Shown here: in pieces, positions 20,401-28,515 of the stretch
Position numbering within the stretch: position 1 is the first letter of the stretch
Layout: each line of letters starts with the position of its first letter
Assembly (NCBI GenBank): GCA_963931635.1
Contig: OZ007034.1
Coordinates: 201,883 to 265,882, forward strand
DNA length: 64,000 bases
Direction: 5' to 3'
Origin: an uncultured Bacteroides sp.
GTDB taxonomy: Bacteria > Bacteroidota > Bacteroidia > Bacteroidales > UBA11471
Translations under genes and position numbers: made by a program
The notes under the pieces: model-generated
The model's database searches: none
Told to the model about the DNA's origin: nothing
The model's input: only the letters and a program-made list of their open reading frames with translations

Positions 20401-22979
20401 TTTTTCAAGGTAAGGGCACTATCGGCCGTAAGACGGGTACAGTCGTCATAAGCCCGGGAAGCATTGCTCCACACCCAACTGTTGACCATTGATACTTTTC
20501 CGGGCTGCGTGGCACAGACTCCATAACCCACATTTTTGACAATTGTCTGGTGATCGAGCTCGACAGATATCTCATCATTTCCTTCGGCAGGAATATCAAA
20601 ACAGAGAGCCGCAGCTTCACCCGAAGCCATATCGACCGACGTATTGTTGTTGATGACACAATTGGACATCTTCAAGTCAAATTTCGCTCCGGGATATGGT
20701 TGCGCATATAGGGCAGCGCCTTTATTGGCTACACAGTTCTCTATAAGACAGTTGCGTATGACATTGCCCGTCATGGAGCCATCGCCCGTGACTCCGGCCA
20801 CGGGGTCGACAGCCATAACAATACCTCCACCGTTTTTGATGAGAGCTGTCTCGGTACCGGTGAGCGTGGCATCACCGTTGACGATATGAAATCCATCAAG
20901 TACGGCACCGGATACCTCGCGGAAAATCACACAATGATAGACATACTCATCGGTTCCAACTTTCCCGTCGATAATTGAGCGATACTTGACCGGATTACGC
21001 ACAGAACGATCGGTGCGACTGAGAGCCCGGGCATAACCACCATAGAGTTCAACACCGGAGACCATCTGTATACCGGCCGAGAGATAACGGGTATTGGTAT
21101 AGGCACACAAGGGCGATACATTACCCTCTTTTACATAAATACGTTTGACTTTTCCTGCATAAGCGTCGGCATTATCACGAAAATGCGACAGGGCCACATT
21201 GAGATACACCAGCGAAGCGTCCCAGCTGCCGCCGAGGCCATTGGCATCAATTCTATTTATCTCGGGGTCGACAAACAAGGCAACGGTATCGCCCGACATA
21301 TAGGGCGTTATGACTGCATTACTGATGCGATAGGCTCCCAAAGAGGGGCAAATACTGTATGCCTCGCCGCATATATCGACCGTGGTAGTTGCCCTATCGA
21401 GCGGATAGGACGACAGAGCCGAGATGTCGGAGATTTTACGACCATACTCCCTCACGGGCGATACAGATGCCGGCTGCCAAGAATAACGGGTATCGTAGTC
21501 GATGGCTTCGCCCATGACACCCGACACGGCCAAGAAACTGGCGTCGAGAGGAGGATTGATAAACACCGGATAATTCTCTGTATTGGAAGTCGTCGACACA
21601 TTTTCCCGTTCGAGCGAAAGAATAGAAGCTCGATAGGTATAGGTCCACTCGGTAACGGCCTGGTCGGAAAACGCCGAATATAATACCAGAGACGTAAGGT
21701 CGCCCGTCTTGTCGGCATCGGGGCGGTGATAATATTGCACAACACCTGTCGTTCCCACTGTACTTCCCCAAAAAAGCGAATTGATGATGCAGGCATAATT
21801 CTCTACATAGACACCTCCACTTTTTCCGTTCTGTACGCCATTAAGAGTGATACCCAATCCATTGCAGCGATTGGCCGTAACTGTCATGTTGTTAAGGATA
21901 CCGCCATTGCGCATGTAGATACCGCCACCTTCGTTCGAGGCCGTATTGTTGGATACAACCGAAGAAACGGCGGCCATATTGAGATGGTCGGACAAGATGC
22001 CCGATGCTTCTCCGGAATTGTACAAGGCCAAACCACCTCCATTGGCGGCAAAATTATTGACTATCATGGAATAGCGGACATCGCCTCCATCAACTAATGC
22101 GACACCGCCACCATAACCTTCGGTCGTAGCAGTACCTCCGGGCGATGTATTGCGATGGACATAGCACGACTCGACAAGACCTCCTCCATGGAGATAGACG
22201 CCACCACCACGCTCGGTAGCTGAATTTTCGGTAATAATACAGTTGCGCACAACACCGCCATCAACCAAATATACGCCACCACCTCTACTGTAATGTACAC
22301 CGGTAAACGTGGGATCGGAGGCATACCCGTGCTTGATGGTGAAACCGTCGAGCACGGATTCGCGTTGGAGCGGTACGGGAGCGCCATCAGCGCCAAATCC
22401 GTTGGAGACAAACCACACGACATGATAGACATTCGATGGAAATACCGTTGTAAAATTCTGAGCCGACTCATTCCACTGGAACACAGCAGGATTACTGGGT
22501 AACAAATCGCCCGAGAGTACGGTTTCATACTTGAATTGCCAGCCATACTCGGCATTGTCTCTCATGGGCCGCAGGGAGGGATCTTCGATATAGTTACCGT
22601 CGGCCGTCTCTCTACCGCCGGCCGGGAAACCTCCATACACGGTAATACCCTCTTTCATCTTGAATGAGGCAAAGAGTGTGCTACCTTCATCGGTCGATTC
22701 CGACGGGTAATAGGTGCCCTCAGCCACAAAAATCTCTCCCCCCTCGGCGATGCTGTTGGTCGACATATAGAGGGCCAAATCATTTATGGCCTCTTGCAAG
22801 TTGTTCTTGGCCGTAGCCCAACTCATTCCGTCGTTGGTATAGGCACCGTTGTTCACATCGACATATCGGCGCAATGCCGACTGTGCGGCAACCGATGCCA
22901 CACTCCATATCATGAAAGCGAAAAACGCCGATAAAAATTTACTCCATCGCATCATAGTCGTAACTGCCTTTTCATTCAT
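11457..22979 (-). CDS. Giant (3840 aa) secreted multi-beta-helix surface protein with a T9SS C-terminal sorting domain
   Basis: The 11.5-kb ORF is uninterrupted. The signal peptide is MMRWSKFLSAFFAFMIWSVASVAAQS. At least seven module starts fit the type YV..(N)DG.SW..A...LQ.AI...(I)YVA.GTY.P. There are many GGG(V/I)Y and NxA..GGA(I/L)Y turns as in pectin-lyase-fold/Pmp-type repeats. The tail ...IYLYDTSGHCLLD...SSGVYIVDVVSPTSRRSCKVVSL matches the T9SS type A CTD pattern. The ATG overlaps the upstream gene by 8 nt. Confidence 0.85.
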   Translation of the reverse strand: MNEKAVTTMMRWSKFLSAFFAFMIWSVASVAAQSALRRYVDVNNGAYTNDGMSWATAKNNLQEAINDLALYMSTNSIAEGGEIFVAEGTYYPSESTDEGSTLFASFKMKEGITVYGGFPAGGRETADGNYIEDPSLRPMRDNAEYGWQFKYETVLSGDLLPSNPAVFQWNESAQNFTTVFPSNVYHVVWFVSNGFGADGAPVPLQRESVLDGFTIKHGYASDPTFTGVHYSRGGGVYLVDGGVVRNCIITENSATERGGGVYLHGGGLVESCYVHRNTSPGGTATTEGYGGGVALVDGGDVRYSMIVNNFAANGGGLALYNSGEASGILSDHLNMAAVSSVVSNNTASNEGGGIYMRNGGILNNMTVTANRCNGLGITLNGVQNGKSGGVYVENYACIINSLFWGSTVGTTGVVQYYHRPDADKTGDLTSLVLYSAFSDQAVTEWTYTYRASILSLERENVSTTSNTENYPVFINPPLDASFLAVSGVMGEAIDYDTRYSWQPASVSPVREYGRKISDISALSSYPLDRATTTVDICGEAYSICPSLGAYRISNAVITPYMSGDTVALFVDPEINRIDANGLGGSWDASLVYLNVALSHFRDNADAYAGKVKRIYVKEGNVSPLCAYTNTRYLSAGIQMVSGVELYGGYARALSRTDRSVRNPVKYRSIIDGKVGTDEYVYHCVIFREVSGAVLDGFHIVNGDATLTGTETALIKNGGGIVMAVDPVAGVTGDGSMTGNVIRNCLIENCVANKGAALYAQPYPGAKFDLKMSNCVINNNTSVDMASGEAAALCFDIPAEGNDEISVELDHQTIVKNVGYGVCATQPGKVSMVNSWVWSNASRAYDDCTRLTADSALTLKNVTATYSAFDAGAGYNDNGNFSTLTYNRNDATYPMCENPTRNIGHTVDAYNTYNGGYTNYMPSNMNPIINKASAGSTYSATDITTVTSRLTGGGPDIGAYQNDKLPLKGTVFYVRDYRTADGRVDLTRGGDGSSWATAINGNAIYDLTTSTMIADSTASSRYVGYYDAATCPYGETSNASKKFWGDIEISDNDIQYTYIRDSWGMYYYSYTCVCRWNNGANGYTNNNGSNSYQVSGEVSVYSWGSPSSSTIRNAIKNQVNSTSHLYRITNTREERYVGGLQYAVEKTVQAARAANKCLEVWVAGGTYTDYKGFVIRDSVSVKGGFPNVEIGSPGESERHPLMAKGVPIGNEKQTTESDIPLYETILQISSTPPVTVTNAVAGQYGVASDLPTSIRKPVLYQPDVCLPTYAPLGGTYAHGSSASTNDENTYSNSYRNDYLHYTGNPAWDGFTIRNGFINGISANRDGGAGVRLFQGVTVRNCVIRNNYNIGERTRGGGVYVDSNDGTVENCFIYDNVVISTKNSNPDGYGGGMYMILGTGYNLLVTNNYASDNGGGIFIETATFFNNTVAYNGSKGVGGMYQYQGDYNENISLNVFNTLFYGNSNKVIGAVTPSKLERFRNCYVHTQTAYNQNDDNDRAIVSKLSEADGNMQGTALANPFSDPDAKANNNFRLSGSSLCINAGLNEPTDPNDASKRITLPLTDVDFADRIQDCTIDIGAYEYNGAYGIIPDEIELVIGGTTYEKVYVYYVSYSGAEEGNASASSPDNAACWMKLQQVLDAAGRQKAQNPTVPCVVKVAGSSTPYAPRRTTVVPTENQMVEEDEDVRSYALIVPRGVEVWGGYDETFAEATRDIPGHRTTFKAEYVSAADTSLINTYHAVVFTDLLYDADGNLMRDSNDAYQRIPAEAGYAVLDGLFITGGNADGSLREDDSRGGGVLAESYAHIRNCIVRGNSASQEGGGVYLKPGAIVSGSLICDNSADTGAGLYVDSESESDSTYIITSTVVQNKASGEGGGIYFTDRSLNVNSSVFWGNTANYAKDVYGNYNGDENDTYPFTYVAVENLLIPGLNNRSVSADNASGVRFVENDSLYMIEETSILVGTGMPATEYMTWISGVQASTHDFSHEVRMPDENIDIGARALGYSVTPSDNVLLQRIFVTDGTVLHKDLRQLLSAQLSGSDTLYQVRGASFVYPMYELHDALRYIKHIRNKQEPLIDGQENRNLRFEIYLAGGTYTPREASDGTTVENARTSTFTVPEGVSIFGGFSGDELYCQEIDQVTHSVAGINFEGGSGTDYLNARERMDINGNSIIEPWEYVYQTYFSGKTNSEISVHGVYHVIYACADPDKVGTLPDLVYSPNSQVASGLPIIIDGVTITGGYAANLVSGDEAYLDNYYKGGAVCVDGTDNGGISEQRRYIPLTIRRSLIYGNSGILGGAIYNTGICSIFNSQISANEAVASTAGVGGEYAGSGGAIYVDGAVYSINSLYANNEAANKGGAIFNESLSRIWVVNCNLVRNKAAEYPCIYSLNKSSIGTESLNLSANLVFNTAFWGNESDAARYTINKWRTDGTLFTDPSVADAPDILHFCAYEEGWDKTPEIGENDRDEEAVGNIENFKNNNVQLTAENRSLYGPNFANPSTLAGVSGYQQTADWSLSRINPLVDAGWGWGAQEYNDATDSWLWTVPEQTGGLYFEIPHYVELGNITIYEPLFPGLDDLYMRSGDGRNISRVCLDPNRTIEESGQNTYIDIGVYEYQHSLLNTDADTLYVCAEEIPGNVNDGSSWSTATSNLQRAIERLLLNRNGKDKIIYMTEGEFAPIYTINKNGGFVVNTRYGSQGETVAGETKNVGSLRISGGYNDDNQLQPIPVESPIYRGENYKTVITTINSGVKSLFNIEDIANREGNEQDAVSNRTVIPMTIENLTFENPYGAAFRYETSSGVDDDNTVKLVLSGCEFRGSDGESVGLPVVKIAGRGGRTLIYNTLFHSNRGVPIDAVDTEIFNATIALNTGVPVLSDSIYGGEVQPRYPSKLYNSVLWRNGGKGIDQSASAGIVMPQLSSSPSAGNQIIQVDNIRYNAVQNLSATTLALDDAQYHNDNLSAQNDDVINGPNFFNPYDGVLASRDFDIGASANLLNKGDSISYRSALNLASDQSSGYDISLNSARVYDDNIDRGAYENNQLLYPILYVQPGKTLEGDGTTWENAFGQGRLQEAIDLCAVYAATRANVGENAVVFVKSGHTGESLILRNGVSVYGSVAASYTDTVTADGVNPAVTVEKVIADRPGLLASTTTRTRIEGVSYSSSDAFGGIVVLDGFEVEPAAESPAAVVSLSSQMVLRNNYVHGATVTGSNAPVIANHGGLLYNMLVADNRPAQGAPVVANEGGTLVNLTIDAPVGSSSVVHSGSGQMFNTVATQGRVFEASLYTGDDLPLDGNPYNTYLSDELSYQLKELSMAIDRASATPAIPAVFAPYVNLATDRDIMGNARTFAGAVDYGCFETWNITEGYKATQAPAGGSVVYLHDGNLLLENLPTTFAPGYLLLKEGTSLYGNGNTVSLNYVAVERTFAAGWQLAAFPYALQRDSISRVHYDGTTYLPSPIEAATGDTVATYNGRARAESLSRYHEANSPYWEEKSVLAANEGFGLCLAQAGTYRFTGRATGNESLYVENNTDKTVSLVQYNLTEVESDGTPRFTHKENMGWNLFGLPYLVAAYDLVDMDLPHLLYGYDGLTYTTTESWQGGTAQLGGGYFTQTAVIGDGEKEELLFPQPQSTSLMSATNTGMDLFLRITGNGGSDEARLRTSDSPHDALSYELGRDGVKFMSMNRSVPQIYVTNPSTGTRFSLAAAVDETSSTPIGVYVADSGFYTIDLPRETMIDNYDVVLLTDVHTGQTTDLKESSYTFFAEGAEDADRRFSLSFRRKESAEIALQVYLHERTLYVKGLQGGERIYLYDTSGHCLLDAQSQGSQYTTTVGSSGVYIVDVVSPTSRRSCKVVSL

Positions 22980-23973
22980 TACCGGTATCGCTGCCGATGC
23001 CGTTTATGGTTAAATTCAACCGGAAATAGGCGGCATATCCAGTCGATACGTCCGTGGCGGTCGATGTACCGCTAAGGGTTCTTTCGGCCGTTCCGTCGGT
23101 GAGGGTTATCGTCCACGGAAATTCCATGACAATTGGTTGAAAGAGATAAAGATCGAACCGCCCGTAGAAATTGTTGCCCGGAGTGGCGGTAAACGTATAA
23201 TCGGGCAAAGCCTCCTGAGCCTCATAACTGTTGGCCGCAGGATTGAAATAGAACCCTTTTCCTATCTGGTTTTTGAGCGTAAAGGTCTTGACACGCCAAG
23301 CGGCAAAAGCTCCTCCGGAACGAAAATCGTCGGAGAGATTGTAAATAACATCAAACTTGGCAGCCACATGGTAACAAACAAGAGGCTCATTCACTGCATT
23401 CTCATCGGTAAGCAACCTGCCGTTACCGGCATAGACATCGGCAATGCTTACAGAAGAGCCGTCGGCTTGGACGGAAGAAAGTTGTAGAGAGGCAACTGTC
23501 GATTCATCAAGTGTTACAGCGCCACTTCGTACCTGGTCGACCAGCGTTTCCATATCGGTCAAAGGGTCGTACGAAGCAACGGCATAGAGCATCACCTCAT
23601 CGGCGTCGGGCAACGGTAGCTGTATCGTTCGCTCATAACTTATAATCGTCCCGGTGGCATCGGGTACGGAAATCCAAGAATCAGGTGTAATCTGATCCAA
23701 ACGTAAGGCCGATATTTGAGGCCCCGTATTTCCCGTCGTAGAATTGAGTGGGGTAAAGGCGGTAAAGAAATAGAGATATCGGGGTATTTGCAGGGTCGAC
23801 ACCACTCCGGGATCGCCGGGTGTGCGCTGCCCGAGGTAGGTGTCGGCAGGGACACGTATCACCACCGTTCGATAGCGGGTGATGTCCACGACCTCATCCT
23901 TGCTGCAACCTATCGGTACCAGCAGGAGTGCCAGCAACAATATCACAAATAGTTTTCTCAACATCTTTATCAT
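22972..23973 (-). CDS. Lipoprotein, putative pilus accessory/tip subunit
   Basis: The lipoprotein signal is LLLALLLVPIGCSKDE. There is an ATGA overlap with the upstream Mfa2-like gene and an 8-nt overlap with the giant ORF. The function is inferred from position only. Confidence 0.55.
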   Translation of the reverse strand: MIKMLRKLFVILLLALLLVPIGCSKDEVVDITRYRTVVIRVPADTYLGQRTPGDPGVVSTLQIPRYLYFFTAFTPLNSTTGNTGPQISALRLDQITPDSWISVPDATGTIISYERTIQLPLPDADEVMLYAVASYDPLTDMETLVDQVRSGAVTLDESTVASLQLSSVQADGSSVSIADVYAGNGRLLTDENAVNEPLVCYHVAAKFDVIYNLSDDFRSGGAFAAWRVKTFTLKNQIGKGFYFNPAANSYEAQEALPDYTFTATPGNNFYGRFDLYLFQPIVMEFPWTITLTDGTAERTLSGTSTATDVSTGYAAYFRLNLTINGIGSDTGNE

Positions 23974-24983
23974 ATTTCAATGTTATGGTCACCGCCGGGT
24001 TTCCAGTCGAGAGTAACCGAGACAGAAACTTCGGCGCCGTGATATATAATCTCTCCGTCGTCGGAGATGGTTGCTTTCAGAATTTTAGGTTCTCCGGCAG
24101 CCAGCGGCTCCCGGACAGAGAGTATGTTGCGGGTCGTTTTCCCGCCACGGGTTACATAGACGTGCATCTGCCAGTATTCGGTATCGCCCCATGTGGCGCG
24201 CTGCACGGGCTCTTCGGCCTTCGACGGGAAACATATTCCGTAGGAAGCCACCATATCGTCGGTAAGCACGTTGGAGGTGCGCACGATGGTAGGCGAAGAG
24301 AAGTCGTAGGTGCTGTCGGCAAAGGAGTAGCCGGCCGCGGTATTGACGATGTACGACTCAACACTGTCGACGGCCGGTGTGAGTACCAGCGCCACCGCAC
24401 TGTTGGTCATAGTAAGGGGTATGTGTACATTCTTGTCGGTTCCGTCGCACTCGATACTCTGTGTGGCGTGATAGATACCGTAAGAAAACGATTCAAGGGT
24501 ATCACTGTCAATATAACTTATTGCATAGTGGTCGAGGTGGTGATGCCCCGAAGAAGCACAAACCGCCTCGGTAGCGACATTGGCCACAGGTACATGATGA
24601 TAGGTACCCTGCGGCAGATAAAGCGAGTAAGATACCTCATTGGTACCGCCGGCCTCAACTATCTCGTTATGAGCGGCAGAGCGGCTTTCGCTTTCAAAGA
24701 AAGGCACTTCGAGGTGATGTATTTCTCCCGAAAATACCGGATTGAACTTCTCAATAAGTTGTCGGGCCATCTCCTGCTCGGCTACACTCGACGAAAGATT
24801 GTCGGTTACCACCTGCTCCATGCTCAACTCGGATGTAAACCGAAAATGCAAATCGCAATACGAACCACACTCCGACAAGTCTTCGTTGATACACGAAGTA
24901 GTCAGGAGCAATCCTATCGTGGTGCCAAGCATGGACAACCTTCTTAGGAGAGAGAAACGGTATGTCGACAAATTATCGGGCAT
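23970..24983 (-). CDS. FimB/Mfa2-family-like fimbrial lipoprotein (anchor/terminator subunit)
   Basis: The signal RFSLLRRLSMLGTTIGLLLTTSC is followed by INEDLSECG...LHFRFT, the N-terminal pattern I associate with the Mfa2 family. Size and position after the major-subunit candidate fit. The start is uncertain (25043, 24983 or 24932). Confidence 0.5.
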   Translation of the reverse strand: MPDNLSTYRFSLLRRLSMLGTTIGLLLTTSCINEDLSECGSYCDLHFRFTSELSMEQVVTDNLSSSVAEQEMARQLIEKFNPVFSGEIHHLEVPFFESESRSAAHNEIVEAGGTNEVSYSLYLPQGTYHHVPVANVATEAVCASSGHHHLDHYAISYIDSDTLESFSYGIYHATQSIECDGTDKNVHIPLTMTNSAVALVLTPAVDSVESYIVNTAAGYSFADSTYDFSSPTIVRTSNVLTDDMVASYGICFPSKAEEPVQRATWGDTEYWQMHVYVTRGGKTTRNILSVREPLAAGEPKILKATISDDGEIIYHGAEVSVSVTLDWKPGGDHNIEI

Positions 24984-25086
24984 TTGAGAAGTATCAAAAA
25001 TTCTTATTTGTGAAAAAGGAGACGGGAACGATGGGAACGTCAATGTTCCCGTCTCCTTAAATTATAGGTTTATAATCGAAAAAAGA

Positions 25087-26853
25087 TTATTCAATATCTT
25101 CGTTTATCACGATACCCTGCTGCCAAGTAAGATCAACTTTGAGAGAAAATTCGAGTTGAGCAGCGGTCAAGTCGGGTAATGTGGCATAAGCGTTTTTAAG
25201 CGATGTAATATTCAGGTTAGCCGTTGTATAATAATCCGAAGCAAACACCTGGTTGGGAGTACCACTTGCGGCATACGGATCGAGCTGACCAACGAGGTAG
25301 AAAGTTGCGCCCGAAGGAATAATTGAAGGCTGATTATTAACAGCTTTACCATAGAAAGCAGGACCATTGTTGGTAACCTGCAAAGCAATGTTTACTACAG
25401 CGTCGCTACCAGCATTCGTTGCAAGTTTAGAAGGCAAGCCCAATACATAAGAACTTACCTCTACGCTATTAAAGTCAACAGCATAAGCTATCTCGGCAGC
25501 TTCGGCCACAACCTCATCGTCATAAACCATATTTACCCAATCGTTGGTTGTGTTCTCAAAGTTCCATCCTACTGATGCAGGTTGGCCACCTACTATTACA
25601 CCCGTCAATGTAAAAGCCGGAGTTCCTTCATTGGCTACATTTACCTCGGTTTCACTGGTACCATCGGCAGCATTTGCTTTCAATAGATTACTACCGGCTT
25701 TCACTTTTACATCGAGGCGACCTACAGCATAGTTTACTGTTTTATTCAGAGCAATCTTGGTCGTGGCAGCCGAGATGGTTGCTCTTGTACCACCGGACCA
25801 CAAACCGCCTCCACCCCAGCTATACCCGTCAACTGTTCCACTGGTATAGTCAATAGGGAATGCATTGGTCATGTAATAGAGTGTGGTAGGATAGCTGAGT
25901 TGTGAACCGGTGGCAAGAATATTTTCATCTAATTCGGCAGCATCATCGGAAGAGTTTCCAGCCCAATCGAATGCATAAAGAGCGACCGGCATATCGCCAT
26001 AGTTGCCATAGAAAGTCGTCACAGCAGTCTCTGCACTGGTGATTTCGTCTTTCAGGTTATTGATAGCAGTTTCATAAGCCGAAGACGTTGTTGCAGAACT
26101 GGAAGAGTTGGCGGCTGTTTCCAACGTATTCAAGAGATAAGCCATCTGTCCTTCGGCAACCGACGATGTTCCACCAGCAACCAAACTACTTAAAACCTGA
26201 TAAATAGCATCTTGCGTAGCCGTACCTCCAACAGACTCAGCTTCTGTCATTACGGCAGCAATAGCGGTACGAAGGTCTCTTAATGCGCTTGAAAAATCGG
26301 CCAACCCGGCAGGTGCGTCAATATTGGTCAAAGAGAATGAAATATTTGCCGGAGTATTCGATGTAGCCATTGGAGCACTTATATAACTGGCTGTCAGTTT
26401 ATTTTTTTCTGAGCTACTAGGCGATTCACCATAAAGGAGGAAAGCCACATCACCATAAGGCAAGGTTACATTGGTATATGTCTCCACACCATTGTTCCAT
26501 GCATTATTACTAATATTCCCCAAACTCTGTTGATTACCGGTAAAAATTGAAGTGGCTTCTACATAGCCGTCAGCACTGATATTGGAGAACGGAAGCAGAT
26601 AAATCTTCTCCATACCATTAAATGTCGTACCGTCCTGCTGTACATAGTCGGCAGTAGAACGTTGCATTTTGGCACGAGGAACCGAAATAGTAATTTGAGT
26701 TTTCACTTCATCTGAAGCTCCGGGAACTACTGCAACATCGGACCCAGCCATTAATTCTTCTTCCTCGCTACTACATGATGTAAAAGCGACACCTGAAACA
26801 AGTAGGGCACTTGCCAAGGCAAATTTCCATGTTTTTTTCATGTTTTTTTTCAT
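25087..26853 (-). CDS. Mfa1/FimA-superfamily-like major fimbrial subunit lipoprotein (588 aa)
   Basis: The lipoprotein signal is ALLVSGVAFTSCSSEEE. The pro-region with R/K sites (ISVPRAKMQRS) is followed by FNGMEKIYLLPF, which resembles type V pilin N-termini. The genomic context is DUF3575-OmpA-like-pilin-Mfa2. Confidence 0.5.
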   Translation of the reverse strand: MKKNMKKTWKFALASALLVSGVAFTSCSSEEEELMAGSDVAVVPGASDEVKTQITISVPRAKMQRSTADYVQQDGTTFNGMEKIYLLPFSNISADGYVEATSIFTGNQQSLGNISNNAWNNGVETYTNVTLPYGDVAFLLYGESPSSSEKNKLTASYISAPMATSNTPANISFSLTNIDAPAGLADFSSALRDLRTAIAAVMTEAESVGGTATQDAIYQVLSSLVAGGTSSVAEGQMAYLLNTLETAANSSSSATTSSAYETAINNLKDEITSAETAVTTFYGNYGDMPVALYAFDWAGNSSDDAAELDENILATGSQLSYPTTLYYMTNAFPIDYTSGTVDGYSWGGGGLWSGGTRATISAATTKIALNKTVNYAVGRLDVKVKAGSNLLKANAADGTSETEVNVANEGTPAFTLTGVIVGGQPASVGWNFENTTNDWVNMVYDDEVVAEAAEIAYAVDFNSVEVSSYVLGLPSKLATNAGSDAVVNIALQVTNNGPAFYGKAVNNQPSIIPSGATFYLVGQLDPYAASGTPNQVFASDYYTTANLNITSLKNAYATLPDLTAAQLEFSLKVDLTWQQGIVINEDIE

Positions 26854-26931
26854 TTTAGTTAATTAAAGGAGTTTTTTATGTTTCTATTTTGGTATTTTTA
26901 TTCAAACATCCTAATTAATAAGTATCAGAAT

Positions 26932-28515
26932 CTATTCGAAATCATCATTTAAACGGCGCTTTATCAAAAAAACATTATAAGCAGCCGACTCATCACCCGC
27001 ATCGGCTGCCCGTTGTAGATAAGCGAGTGCCTGAGCAATATCACCATTAACGTAATAAGCATTACCCAATGCATTGTAACTGCGACTATCGTAGGCCACT
27101 GTTTTAAGCATAGTCAAAGCCTCGGCCGAATAGCCACTATTGAGTAACCCGATAGCCCGATTGATAATAATCGCTACACGATCGGGAGCGTTATCATAAT
27201 AGATGCGTACGTATCCGGCATTACGCAATTCAGGCATGGCCTTATCAATCAAATAACGATATGCTCTCCCGCCATCAAATTGACGCAGAGCACGCTCTCT
27301 GTCTACTGGGTCGGCAATGGTATCGATAAGTTGCAGCAGGTTATTATAAAAAGTACCTGCTGTATCGACATCCGAAATATAATCGCGTAACTCTGCCCAT
27401 GCCGGACCGCCCGACACTATTCGGAACAGAGAATCGGGATAACCGGTACGTTCTTGTATATACTGAGCCAATGACTCGGCTCGCTGCTGAGCCAAACCAA
27501 TATTATAGTCCAAAGGTCCTTCAGGCGATGCTAAACCTATGACCTCGATAAACCGCACATCTGCCGCACTGTCGGCAGCTACACGCTGAGTAAGATATAT
27601 AATCTTATCCAATGTTTCTTTATTGGAACGGAAAGACGGATTCAATACATATCGATTTACCGGATAATAAACATACAATACCCCCGGCTCCTTACGCAAT
27701 ACTTGCGAACCATCATAGGGCCGATAATCGGAGATGTGATGCAACACAGGATTTTCTTGTGCCAACGGATATATTTGAGGCATTATCAGAGGTAATTGGG
27801 GACGATATGGAGGTATATACCTGAACGACTGCCTACATTGCGGGTCAAGCGTATCGACCGAGCAGCAACCCTCTCTCTCCCTATTCAGACAAAGAGTTAC
27901 GTTTCCGTAACGCATCCAAGGCTTTGCAGCAATACGCATCTCATACCACAATGTGTCGCCGGGAGCCGACTTGGGTACCGAGGGGTACCACTCCTGACGA
28001 CCGTCAAGCCAAGCCTTGCGGATATTGTAGCGACGGTGCCGCTTGCCTTGGAACACGACAGGCGGAAGTGATAATGTATCGCTCTCTCCACATAACGAAG
28101 GCGAGAACCATAGACAATAGTCTTTCTTCACATCACGCTTTGAAACCGTGAGAGGGAATTGCACCGTGAGGGCAAAACTGTCGGCCCACTCGATGAGCAA
28201 CGTGTCAGGCACACCAAGACCCGACACCGAACGCACTGCAAGACTGTCGGCAATTATCGGAGTAACGGCATGGGTAGCCGTCTTGGGATAAGAATTAACG
28301 ACATATCGGGTAGAAACCATGAGTGTCGTATCGGTAACAAGTTCCCCATTATATAAGCGTGTGCTTATCACCCGAGCCGTATCATGAACAAAAGCCGTAT
28401 CGGCCGATACCTGATACGGGGAAATAAACGGCATTGCATAACCTCTTGGCAAAAAGGCCATAGCCGCACAAACACATATAAAACTGGCAATTATCTTGTT
28501 CATGGCATCAATCAA
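26932..28515 (-). CDS. DUF3868-like / OmpA-C-like domain protein with C-terminal TPR
   Basis: It has a signal peptide. An OmpA-like peptidoglycan-binding segment (VIGLASPEGPLDYNIGLAQQRAESLAQYI) and a TPR-like end (ALGNAYYVNGDIAQALAYLQRAA) are present. It overlaps the upstream gene by 8 nt. Confidence 0.6.
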   Translation of the reverse strand: MIDAMNKIIASFICVCAAMAFLPRGYAMPFISPYQVSADTAFVHDTARVISTRLYNGELVTDTTLMVSTRYVVNSYPKTATHAVTPIIADSLAVRSVSGLGVPDTLLIEWADSFALTVQFPLTVSKRDVKKDYCLWFSPSLCGESDTLSLPPVVFQGKRHRRYNIRKAWLDGRQEWYPSVPKSAPGDTLWYEMRIAAKPWMRYGNVTLCLNREREGCCSVDTLDPQCRQSFRYIPPYRPQLPLIMPQIYPLAQENPVLHHISDYRPYDGSQVLRKEPGVLYVYYPVNRYVLNPSFRSNKETLDKIIYLTQRVAADSAADVRFIEVIGLASPEGPLDYNIGLAQQRAESLAQYIQERTGYPDSLFRIVSGGPAWAELRDYISDVDTAGTFYNNLLQLIDTIADPVDRERALRQFDGGRAYRYLIDKAMPELRNAGYVRIYYDNAPDRVAIIINRAIGLLNSGYSAEALTMLKTVAYDSRSYNALGNAYYVNGDIAQALAYLQRAADAGDESAAYNVFLIKRRLNDDFE

